IMG/VR virus record: IMGVR_UViG_3300031555_002371
Span: 1-64,000 of that record
Strand: one strand, 5' to 3'
Origin: a virus
Lineage: Duplodnaviria; Caudoviricetes
DNA length: 64,000 bases
Part shown: positions 1 to 8,148 of the stretch, piece by piece
Numbering within the stretch: position 1 is the first letter of the stretch
Layout: each line of letters starts with the position of its first letter
Notes under the pieces: generated by a model
Databases searched by the model: none
Told to the model about the DNA's origin: nothing
What the model saw: only the letters and a program-made list of their open reading frames with translations
Translations under genes and position numbers: made by a program

Positions 1-117
1 GTTGGATTACAGCCATCACTAACCGATAGGGTTTATGATTCAGATGGTATAGCAACTGCAGTTGCAACGTCAACATTCTTCATGCCATGCTATTTAGTAA
101 AAGAAAAGGAAAAATAA
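1..117 (+). CDS. 3' end of a gene cut by the window edge; resembles the variable-region modules of phage C5 DNA methyltransferases
   Basis: Frame 1 reads VGLQPSLTDRVYDSDGIATAVATSTFFMPCYLVKEKEK*; the QxxxxDRVYxxxGIAxT pattern is common in phage MTase variable regions. Confidence 0.5.
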   Translation, partial: VGLQPSLTDRVYDSDGIATAVATSTFFMPCYLVKEKEK

Positions 118-261
118 ATACTTCTTTCATTCATTTTATAATTATTATATCTCCTAACTTTCGATGTTTGCGAAAAGGAAATATCAATATAAACACCAAC
201 TTTTGATATTGTAAACGCCGAAACTTTCGAGGTCTAAATTACAATAAAAGAAGTATTTTAT
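113..261. repeat. Inverted pair of recombination-site-like sequences bounding a candidate invertible segment
   Basis: Perfect 12-bp inverted repeat AAATACTTCTTT (116-127) / AAAGAAGTATTT (247-258); the sites are AATAAA-TACTTC-TTTCAT and ATAAAA-GAAGTA-TTTTAT, sharing one 6-bp spacer in opposite orientation. Confidence 0.65.
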
Positions 262-278
262 CCACAAATGGTATTACC

Positions 279-1130
279 GTGCTAAGTTTATTTGACGGAA
301 TATCTTGTGGTATGTTGGCTCTTGAAAAGGCTGGCATTAAAGTTAACAAATATTACGCGAGCGAGATTGACGAGTTTGCTATTAAGGTAAGCCAAAAGAA
401 TTATCCTTCGATTATACAGCTCGGAGATGTAAACGAATGGAGAACATGGGATATTGATTGGAGCAAAATTGACTTGCTCATTGGCGGTAGCCCATGCCAA
501 GGTTTTAGTTTTGCCGGAAAGATGCTTAACTTTCAAGATGAACGAAGTAAATTATTCTTCGTGTTTGTCGATATACTTAACCACATAAAAATACATAATC
601 CAGACGTTAAGTTCTTACTTGAAAATGTAAGAATGAAGAAAGATTACCAGGATGTAATTAGCCAACATCTTGAAGTAGAACCTATAAGAATCAACTCCGC
701 ACTTGTTACAGCGGCGCATAGAGATAGATTTTATTGGGCAAACTTCCCAATTACCCAACCAATCAATAAAGGCATTACATTCGATGACATAAATCAAAAT
801 AGTGACGATTGGCTATCCGATACATACATTCAGAAAGTCAAAAATTGGAAAGCGCAACAAGACCCTATTAAGTGCGCAACAACAATCGGAACTGCTTCAA
901 AACTTCCATGTCTAACCGCAAGAGGTTATAACCAGAGTCATAGTGGAATGATATTGATTACCGACGGTAAAAGATATCGCTATCTTACAAACGACGAGGC
1001 AGAACTTGCTATGACACTTCCGATTGGATATACATATGGAATTAAGAACAGAGAAAGAGCAAGGTGCATTGGTAATGGTTGGAGTGCCGATGTGATTGCA
1101 CATATTTTTAATTGTTATAAATCAATCTGA
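279..1130 (+). CDS. DNA (cytosine-5) methyltransferase
   Basis: Motif I LSLFDGISCG, motif IV GGSPCQGFS, motif VI LLENV, motif VIII R-x-R-F-Y-W, motif X GNGW; GTG start without an obvious SD. Confidence 0.92.
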   Translation: MLSLFDGISCGMLALEKAGIKVNKYYASEIDEFAIKVSQKNYPSIIQLGDVNEWRTWDIDWSKIDLLIGGSPCQGFSFAGKMLNFQDERSKLFFVFVDILNHIKIHNPDVKFLLENVRMKKDYQDVISQHLEVEPIRINSALVTAAHRDRFYWANFPITQPINKGITFDDINQNSDDWLSDTYIQKVKNWKAQQDPIKCATTIGTASKLPCLTARGYNQSHSGMILITDGKRYRYLTNDEAELAMTLPIGYTYGIKNRERARCIGNGWSADVIAHIFNCYKSI

Positions 1131-1140
1131 ACAACCACAA
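1124..1140 (+). promoter_or_regulatory. Copy of the dispersed motif AAWTCTGAACAAC just upstream of an RBS
   Basis: AATCTGAACAACCACAA followed by AAGGAG; similar copies at 11401, 15176, 28683, 31606, 33800. Confidence 0.55.
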
Positions 1141-1152
1141 AAGGAGAATGTT

Positions 1153-1670
1153 ATGGTAATTAACAGAGTATGGGCAATGCCCAACAGTAACACTTTTAGC
1201 ATTCCTCCCATCGGAGAGCTTGTCACTCGCTATACATCAGGGGGAGTAAAACAATAGTAGACCCGTTTGCCAATGGTTGCAAAATCGGGACTATCACTAA
1301 TGATTTGAACCAAAAGTTCGATACAACATATCACCTTGATGCGCTTGACTTTTTAAGATTGCTTCCGGATGCTTCTGCCGACGTAGTTTTATATGACCCG
1401 CCATACTCTCCGAGACAAGTCAAGGAGTGCTATGAGGGCGTAGGAATTACGGTCACGGCAGAACATACCAAAGCATCTTGGAGAGCAAAACATCTTGATG
1501 AAATCGCAAGAATCCTTAAACCTGGTGGAGTATGTTTATGTTTCGGATGGAACTCAAACGGAGTTGGAAAAAAGCGAGGTTTTGAGATGATAGAAATTCT
1601 TCTTGTTGCTCATGGTGGTAGCAAGAATGATACGATTTGTACGGTTGAAGTAAAAGGAGAGAACAATTGA
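1153..1670 (+). pseudogene. Adenine-specific DNA methyltransferase-like gene, frameshifted at a G5 tract (possibly phase-variable)
   Basis: SD AAGGAG + ATG 1153 gives MVINRVWAMPNSNTF..SGG, stop at 1257; the -1 frame continues KTIVDPFANG...YDPPYS; the switch point is GGGGG at 1240-1244. Confidence 0.8.
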
Positions 1671-1885
1671 CGATAGTTGCAATTATTTTAGGATGGATGT
1701 TGGTCAACACATGGGTGGCATTAATTTGGTGCAAATTAGACCACACATTTATATCCGAATGGGATGAATACTTTGCACTCTTTATTGTGAGTATTGTATC
1801 CGTTCCTATTATGCTTTTAATTAAACACATTATTATAAAAGTTAAAAAGGAGAGGAAAAATGAAGTACGCAAAAAGCAATTGTAA
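1667..1885 (+). CDS. Small membrane protein
   Basis: Two hydrophobic segments; SD AAGGAG before TTG. Confidence 0.6.
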   Translation: MTIVAIILGWMLVNTWVALIWCKLDHTFISEWDEYFALFIVSIVSVPIMLLIKHIIIKVKKERKNEVRKKQL

Positions 1886-2021
1886 ACACGCAGAAAAGCA
1901 TGACGCAACCCATATTAAATGTGCCAGAGATGGTTCATTAAGAAAAGTTGCAAAGGGCTGTCCTTGTAGAGTCTATGAGGAAACGTGGTTTACAAAGATG
2001 AAAAAGAAGTTGGTCTGGTAA
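1860..2021 (+). CDS. Small hypothetical protein (53 aa, not in ORF track)
   Basis: SD AGGAGAGG + ATG; MKYAKSNCKHAEKHDATHIKCARDG...; fills the gap before the next gene. Confidence 0.5.
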   Translation: MKYAKSNCKHAEKHDATHIKCARDGSLRKVAKGCPCRVYEETWFTKMKKKLVW

Positions 2022-2030
2022 GGAGTAAAA

Positions 2031-2399
2031 ATGGATAGGTATAATGTCGGGCAAATTGTTACAGCAACAGAAGATATTGAAGTTGTTGGTTGTTTCTCAG
2101 ATGAGAAACAGGTAATTAAAAAGGGAACAAAAGGATGGGTAACAGCCTCAAAAGGTTGCCCTGCGCTCTATTTGGAAAACGGTAGTACTTTCTTACTTGA
2201 CAAAGAAAATACTGAGCTTATCGGTTTCGATTCCGAGGGACTTGCAGAGTGGATTTTCCGTCATTTGAGAAATAGAACTCACATTGACGATATGATGGAA
2301 GATTACGATGTTGATGAGGATGATATTAAAAACATTATCTCGGAAGCTCTTGAAGAACTTGAATTTTATCCGGGAGAAGAAACGGAGGATAGAGAATGA
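2031..2399 (+). CDS. Hypothetical protein
   Basis: SD AAGGAG; stop overlaps the metK start. Confidence 0.75.
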   Translation: MDRYNVGQIVTATEDIEVVGCFSDEKQVIKKGTKGWVTASKGCPALYLENGSTFLLDKENTELIGFDSEGLAEWIFRHLRNRTHIDDMMEDYDVDEDDIKNIISEALEELEFYPGEETEDRE

Positions 2400-3454
2400 G
2401 TTACTTCTATAGCAATGAGATTGTATTTAGGGGACATCCTGACAAAGTTGCAGACCAGATTAGTGACGCACTTCTCGATGCTTATTTAGCAATTGACCCC
2501 AATAGTAGATGTGGTATCGAGGTTGTTGGCGGAAAGGGCAAAATTTTTGTCACTGGCGAGGTTACATCTAAGGCTACTATGGATGTTAATGTAGAAGCGG
2601 TTGTCCGCAGCGTGTTGAAAGATATCGGGTATAGAACGGATTATGAGATTATTAACAACATCGGGAAACAGTCACCGGATATCGCACAAGGTGTTGATAT
2701 TGGTGGAGCTGGCGACCAGGGTATGATGTTCGGTTATGCTTGTAGAGATACCGCACAAATGTTGCCAACAGCAATGGTAATTCTTCAAGAATTATCTATG
2801 TTTTACGATGCTCTTTGTCATTCAGATAAGAGATTTCTACCCGATGGAAAAGCTCAAATCACAGGCGAATACAACTCCGATAAGCAATTGGTGAAGATTA
2901 AAGATTTTACAATCTCTTATCAGAACACAGAAGAAGCAAGAGAAGAAACCGATAGAATTCTCAAGGAGTTTACCACAGAACTTTGTGCTGAGTACAATAT
3001 CAAAATTGATTGCTTCCATATTAACCCTACCGGCAAATTTCTTATTGGTGGGTTTGATGGAGACGCGGGTTTGACTGGACGCAAGATTGTTGTGGATGCT
3101 TACCAGTCATTTGCCAATGTTGGTGGTGGTGCATTCTCTGGGAAAGACCCGACAAAGGTTGATAGAAGTGCTGCATATAAAGCAAGACAACTCGCAAAAG
3201 AGTGTTTAATGACTCGCAATGACTTTAAGTGGTGCGAAGTCCAACTTTCTTATGCAATCGGGCTTGAATCTCCTTTGGCGATTTATGTAAGAACCGATAA
3301 AGGAAACTACACAGAGAACCTTAATTGGCTTTATCCTGAATGCACACCAAAACGAATTATTGAAGATTTGCATTTGCTTGATACCAAAAAAGTAAAGTAT
3401 TACTCAACAGCTAAATTTGGACATTTTGGAAACAAGGCGTTTCCATGGGAATGA
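2396..3454 (+). CDS. metK: S-adenosylmethionine synthetase
   Basis: GHPDKVADQISDA, GAGDQG, GDAGLTGRKIVVD, GGGAFSGKDPTKVDRSAAY, FGHFG motifs. Confidence 0.97.
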   Translation: MSYFYSNEIVFRGHPDKVADQISDALLDAYLAIDPNSRCGIEVVGGKGKIFVTGEVTSKATMDVNVEAVVRSVLKDIGYRTDYEIINNIGKQSPDIAQGVDIGGAGDQGMMFGYACRDTAQMLPTAMVILQELSMFYDALCHSDKRFLPDGKAQITGEYNSDKQLVKIKDFTISYQNTEEAREETDRILKEFTTELCAEYNIKIDCFHINPTGKFLIGGFDGDAGLTGRKIVVDAYQSFANVGGGAFSGKDPTKVDRSAAYKARQLAKECLMTRNDFKWCEVQLSYAIGLESPLAIYVRTDKGNYTENLNWLYPECTPKRIIEDLHLLDTKKVKYYSTAKFGHFGNKAFPWE

Positions 3455-3465
3455 GAGGTATAATA

Positions 3466-4113
3466 ATGAAAGTTTTTATTGATCTTGACAAAGTAACTGT
3501 TACTGACGGCAAGGTTATCATTGATGTTGACCCGAACCAGAATGGTTGGTTTGATACTATTCTTGCGGCAAAGAATGGTGTAAAACTCTCCAAACTTAGA
3601 CCCAAAGACGAATTCAAAATCGGAGATGAAGTGTTTATTGTGTTAGAGCAAACCGAAAACGGCACGAGGGTCATTGCCAAGGAGTTTATCTACGACGACA
3701 CACAATTTGGCGACAATTCCAATTGGAAGACATCTTCTATCCGTAAAATCCTCAACAATAAGTATCTTGAGAAGATTGCAACTATCATTGGAGAAAATAA
3801 CATCATATCGATGGATAGAGACCTTACTTCTCTTGATGGTTTGGATGACTACGGAATCTGCACCGACAAGGTTAGTCTTTTAACTGCTACAGAGTATGCA
3901 AAGTATCATAGAATTCTTGGTTTGAAGTCACGCTATCCTAATTGTTGGTGGCTTATTACTCCTGCATCCGCTCCAAGCAATGATTATTCTCGTTACGTTT
4001 GCTATGTCAACTCCGGCGGTATTCTGAGTTGGATTGTCTGTGTCTTTCGCTACGGTGTTCGTCCGTTTTTAAATCTTGAATCTTCCATTTCGGTACTTAT
4101 GAATAAAGATTAA
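3466..4113 (+). CDS. DUF6273-like protein with C-terminal GVRP motif (candidate DGR target)
   Basis: NWKTSSIRKILN...DKVSLLT..EY...WWLITP...GVRPFLNL; start moved to ATG 3466 after SD GAGG. Confidence 0.65.
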   Translation: MKVFIDLDKVTVTDGKVIIDVDPNQNGWFDTILAAKNGVKLSKLRPKDEFKIGDEVFIVLEQTENGTRVIAKEFIYDDTQFGDNSNWKTSSIRKILNNKYLEKIATIIGENNIISMDRDLTSLDGLDDYGICTDKVSLLTATEYAKYHRILGLKSRYPNCWWLITPASAPSNDYSRYVCYVNSGGILSWIVCVFRYGVRPFLNLESSISVLMNKD

Positions 4114-4138
4114 ACCATTCTTGTATTTTGAGGTACAT

Positions 4139-5098
4139 ATGGAAATTATAAAAACACATACAGGTAAGATATATGTAGATGTCGATAGGCAGTTAGAGTT
4201 TTTAACCGTTGGCGATTACGGCAAAGAAAACAATATCAAAGCTGATTTCCTCGGACTACATAAAGAGATTAATGGTGTAGAACATCATGAAGTGGATTTA
4301 TCGGATAAATGGGTTGCCACGATAAGCACCCAAAAAGGATGCCCGATGAAATGTCAATTTTGTGATTGCCCTAAATATGGTTTTCATGGTAATGCAAGCG
4401 TAGAAGATATGATGTACGAAGTTGCGACCATTTTGGAACATGAGGATGTAAAATCTACAAAGAGATTTAATGTGCATTTTGCAAGAATGGGTGAACCCTC
4501 GTTGAATCCTAATGTTCTTACATTTGCGGAGAATAATTTAAAGCCTCTTGTAGAGAAATATATCAAAGCAGACACAATTCATCCGGTGGTTTCTACGATG
4601 CTTCCTAAAAACCATCAATTTCTTGAACACTTTATTGAGAAATGGTGTTACATAAAGAATGAGGTTTATAATGGCGAGGCGGGATTGCAGTTTAGCATTA
4701 ACTCTACCGATGAGAAACAGAGAGCCGAGCAGTTCAACAATATGAGTTTATCTCTAAGTCAGATTTCCGCGCTTGCTAAAAAGCTGCCTATGCCGAAGGG
4801 TAGAAAGTATACTTTGAATTTCGCGGTAACAGCAGATACAATTCTGGATGCAAAAAGACTTTCGGAGTTGTTTGAAAAAGAAAAGTTTATCGTAAAGATT
4901 ACACCAATTCATAAGACAGATGCAGCCGTAAAGAATGGCTTTGGTGTAACCACCGAATATACCGATTATGACGTATATCGTAAGTTTGAAGCTCCACTTC
5001 TTGATGAGGGATGGGAAGTCATTGTGTTTGTTCCCAGCCAGGAAGAAGATAGCGATAGAATTACTTGTGGTAACGCATTGATTGCCACCAACAAATAA
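4139..5098 (+). CDS. Radical SAM protein, RlmN/Cfr-like
   Basis: ISTQKGCPMKCQFC (CxxxCxxC), ARMGEP (cf. MGMGEP), C-terminal DRITCGN (cf. IDAACGQ). Confidence 0.8.
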   Translation: MEIIKTHTGKIYVDVDRQLEFLTVGDYGKENNIKADFLGLHKEINGVEHHEVDLSDKWVATISTQKGCPMKCQFCDCPKYGFHGNASVEDMMYEVATILEHEDVKSTKRFNVHFARMGEPSLNPNVLTFAENNLKPLVEKYIKADTIHPVVSTMLPKNHQFLEHFIEKWCYIKNEVYNGEAGLQFSINSTDEKQRAEQFNNMSLSLSQISALAKKLPMPKGRKYTLNFAVTADTILDAKRLSELFEKEKFIVKITPIHKTDAAVKNGFGVTTEYTDYDVYRKFEAPLLDEGWEVIVFVPSQEEDSDRITCGNALIATNK

Positions 5099-5117
5099 AA
5101 GAAAGAAGGATTTAAAA

Positions 5118-5693
5118 ATGAAGAAGATTTTAAGTGTTATTTTGGTCGTAGTGATGATGTGTGCAATGTGTGCCGTATTTGTAGGATGTGATTACGACAC
5201 CCGCGTAAGTGGTTCAAAGCAAGATGTGAACAACACAATTAACGCAGCAAACAACATTCAGAGCAATCAGCCAACACCTACGGATATTTCGTATTCGCTC
5301 GAAAGATACAATCTTATCCGCAGAGCATATTGGGTAAATGGTCAGCGCGAAAAGGCAAATGCACTTCCTTGTGAGGTAGAGAAACCTCTTGGATATGTTG
5401 TATTGTTTAGCGGCAATGTAGTTATTGGCAACTTTGTTGTTGATGGTAAAGTATCGAGCCTTAATAGTTATCTTACTCCTGATAGTGAGTATTACGAGTA
5501 TAGCGGAGCTTCCGCTTCTTATTATAGAAATAACTGGCTTGCCGATGTAGATGGTTCTTATGGTTCTAACGACAACGGAATTTTCTTTTTCACCCCCGAT
5601 GGTAAGTACATTGAATGGACTGGTACATACCTCTATTCCGATATTCCGTTTGAAGTAGATTCTCCCATCCTCAATGTTGGAGGTGGTAACTAA
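5118..5693 (+). CDS. Putative lipoprotein
   Basis: MKK + hydrophobic stretch + lipobox-like FVGC. Confidence 0.7.
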   Translation: MKKILSVILVVVMMCAMCAVFVGCDYDTRVSGSKQDVNNTINAANNIQSNQPTPTDISYSLERYNLIRRAYWVNGQREKANALPCEVEKPLGYVVLFSGNVVIGNFVVDGKVSSLNSYLTPDSEYYEYSGASASYYRNNWLADVDGSYGSNDNGIFFFTPDGKYIEWTGTYLYSDIPFEVDSPILNVGGGN

Positions 5694-6085
5694 TGCGCAA
5701 CTTTGGTATTGCTTGCCTCGTTGTTCTTTTAGTTGTACTGTTTATTGGATTGCCGATTTTCTTCACTTGCACTCCTACCGGTGTTGCAACTTGGAATAAT
5801 TGGTTTCACAAAGTCCAGGAAGCAGACGATGATACAAATTATAAAACCTTGAAGAAGGTAGAAGATACTTGCCGCTCTATGATTGCTTCGTATAATGCCG
5901 ACAAACTCACATATGAGCAATATAAAGATTCAGACAATGAAGAAAAGCAGTCATGGGCGGAGCAGGCAAAGATGAGAGCTAATAAGACTGCAAGTTCATA
6001 CAATAATTACATCTTGAAGAATAGTTATATTTGGAAGGATAATGTTCCGGCAGATATTTATATGAATCTACCATATATTGAGTGA
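5693..6085 (+). CDS. Membrane-anchored hypothetical protein
   Basis: N-terminal TM helix; translationally coupled (TAATG). Confidence 0.7.
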   Translation: MRNFGIACLVVLLVVLFIGLPIFFTCTPTGVATWNNWFHKVQEADDDTNYKTLKKVEDTCRSMIASYNADKLTYEQYKDSDNEEKQSWAEQAKMRANKTASSYNNYILKNSYIWKDNVPADIYMNLPYIE

Positions 6086-6215
6086 TGGATTTATACGATA
6101 AGATATTAGACGATGCAATTAGAAAACATTTTGACTATTGTATCAAATACCAAAGATATAAGAAGACGAAGAATTGATTATATAACTATCAAAGGATAAA
6201 TATAAGGAGAAACAT

Positions 6216-6839
6216 ATGAGAGATAATTTAACTGAAATTGTTTTTATTTTGGATAGAAGCGGCTCAATGTCCGGATTGACAGACGATACTATTGGTGGCT
6301 TTAATTCCTTTATTGAGCAACAGAAGAAAGTAGAGGGTGAAGCCAAACTTACCACCGTTCTTTTCGATGATAGATATGAGTTGCTTCATAATGGCGTAGA
6401 TATCAAAGAAGTAAAGCCTATGACAAGAGACGAGTACAGCGCAAGAGGCATGACAGCTTTGTACGATGCCATTGGAAAAACTATCAATGATGTGGGAGAT
6501 AGATTAAGTAAGACTCCCGAAGATGATAGACCGTCAAAGGTTATTGTTGTAATCACTACCGATGGGGCGGAGAATTCAAGTAAGGAATTTTCGCAGAGCA
6601 AGGTTAAAGAGATGATTACGCATCAGACTGATAAGTATAGTTGGGAATTCATTTTCCTTGGTGCAAATATCGACTCTGTATCCGTTGGTGATAGTATTGG
6701 TATTGCAGCCAATCGTTCCGCGAATTACTCTGCATCTAATAAAGGTGTATCATCTGTATACTGCGCAATGTGTGATACTATTTCCACATATAGAATCACC
6801 GGCACTGTAGATGAGAAAACATTTGAAGGGCTTTGTTAA
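6216..6839 (+). CDS. von Willebrand factor A domain protein
   Basis: MIDAS DRSGSM, TALYDAIG, ITTDGAENSS. Confidence 0.88.
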   Translation: MRDNLTEIVFILDRSGSMSGLTDDTIGGFNSFIEQQKKVEGEAKLTTVLFDDRYELLHNGVDIKEVKPMTRDEYSARGMTALYDAIGKTINDVGDRLSKTPEDDRPSKVIVVITTDGAENSSKEFSQSKVKEMITHQTDKYSWEFIFLGANIDSVSVGDSIGIAANRSANYSASNKGVSSVYCAMCDTISTYRITGTVDEKTFEGLC

Positions 6840-6910
6840 CAACACGAAATAGATTTAACCTTGCAAAAAAAAACGAATAAAATATTTAATAAATAATTCT
6901 GAAAAACCAC

Positions 6911-6939
6911 TTGACAAAGTTTGAAAGGTGTGGTATAAT
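6911..6939 (+). promoter_or_regulatory. Consensus sigma-A promoter with extended -10
   Basis: TTGACA-17 bp-TATAAT with TG just upstream of the -10. Confidence 0.8.
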
Positions 6940-6967
6940 AATATCACAATATAGAAGCGGACGAAAT

Positions 6968-7005
6968 AAAAAAATCACCATATGGGCTGAGTTCCATATG
7001 GTGAT
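6968..7005 (-). terminator. Rho-independent terminator of the immR/immA-like operon
   Basis: 12-bp stem ATCACCATATGG/CCATATGGTGAT preceded by an A-run (U-tail on the - strand). Confidence 0.75.
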
Positions 7006-7016
7006 GTTCTAAGGTT

Positions 7017-7622
7017 TTAGAATTTTGATTTATAATTACGAATCATATCGTTTTCCCAAGCCGTCTTTATTCTTATTGATAACCACCTTGTATACTGTTC
7101 GTATCGGTAGATAGATGCTTCGTGTGATAGCCCAAAAACCCTTTGCGCGTCTTTGGATGAATGAATATTAAGAACTTTGAAAAGTGGGAATGGAGCTAAA
7201 ATAGTTGCAGCAAAATAATCTGCCTCTGACTCATAAAGAGGGTTGTATATTTGTAATAAACTATTTTCTGAAAGCTTCTCGTAAGCAGAAATAACGTGAT
7301 GGTTACATACAATATGTCCAATTTCATGTCCACACGTCCATCGTTGGCGACCAAGATTGTTATTATCATCAGTCGAATGATTGCAGAGAATTAAATAACG
7401 GTTTTGCATAATATCATAATGTGTACAACCGGATTTGCTCTCACAGAGCTGAATAACTTCTTCTAATGAACAGTTATTAATTTCTGCAAATTTTTGATAT
7501 GACATATACCTACAATTTGGCATATAACTAATTACTGATTGAATATCAAGAGGAAATTCAATTTTGGGCATTTGTAGGTAAATACTCAAAATTTGATTAT
7601 TTATAAAGGTATATCGAATCAT
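7017..7622 (-). CDS. ImmA/IrrE-family metallopeptidase (anti-repressor)
   Basis: RQRWTCGHEIGHI (HExxH) and YESEADYFAATILAP; coupled to the upstream XRE gene. Confidence 0.88.
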   Translation of the reverse strand: MIRYTFINNQILSIYLQMPKIEFPLDIQSVISYMPNCRYMSYQKFAEINNCSLEEVIQLCESKSGCTHYDIMQNRYLILCNHSTDDNNNLGRQRWTCGHEIGHIVCNHHVISAYEKLSENSLLQIYNPLYESEADYFAATILAPFPLFKVLNIHSSKDAQRVFGLSHEASIYRYEQYTRWLSIRIKTAWENDMIRNYKSKF

Positions 7623-7972
7623 TTATCCCCCTCATCGGAAAAGGCATATTCAAAGCCAAGTCTTAGCATTTGCATCATTCTTTCCCTATCTTTTGGAGTC
7701 ATCTTTTGCCTTGCTCTTTGAAATGATATTATATCTTCATCACCAATTATATCAGACATAGAACTTTCAATATCTGTACGACCCATAAGATAGTCAATAG
7801 AAACATCAAAATATGTAGCAACCTTAACTATTTTGTCTATTGACGGAGAACTACTCTTTTCCCATTTTTTGATTGATGAGTTGCCGAACCCAAGGTCAGC
7901 CTCTAATTTAGCTATCGTTATTCTTTTCCGATGGCAAAGCTGTTTGATTCTGTAATATAGAATGTTTTCCAT
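7619..7972 (-). CDS. XRE-family HTH repressor (ImmR-like)
   Basis: ITIAKLEADLGFGNSSIKKWEK..PSIDKIVKVATYFDVSIDYLMGR; ATG 7972 has SD AAGGAG. Confidence 0.88.
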   Translation of the reverse strand: MENILYYRIKQLCHRKRITIAKLEADLGFGNSSIKKWEKSSSPSIDKIVKVATYFDVSIDYLMGRTDIESSMSDIIGDEDIISFQRARQKMTPKDRERMMQMLRLGFEYAFSDEGDK

Positions 7973-8021
7973 GGCGTCGTTCTCCTTTTGCAAAAAAACG
8001 GTCAAATATTCTAAAAACCTA

Positions 8022-8050
8022 TTGACAGAGAGAAGATATTCTGTTATAAT
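8022..8050 (+). promoter_or_regulatory. Consensus sigma-A promoter for the rightward operon
   Basis: TTGACA-17 bp-TATAAT; overlaps ATATTCT operator-like repeats. Confidence 0.8.
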
Positions 8051-8086
8051 ATATCTGCAGTTAGAAAATATGACCTCAATACCAAT

Positions 8087-8115
8087 ATTATACAACTAAT
8101 ATTCTAATTTGTCAA
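8087..8115 (-). promoter_or_regulatory. Consensus sigma-A promoter for the repressor operon, face-to-face with the 8022 promoter
   Basis: Reverse complement TTGACA-AATTAGAATATTAGTTG-TATAAT. Confidence 0.8.
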
Positions 8116-8148
8116 GAGTCTATGGCAAATTAATGAAAGGAGCAGCAT

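Noticed and set aside
7973-8095. N-terminal extension of the repressor in the ORF track
   Set aside because: It overlaps both promoters; ATG 7972 has a proper SD
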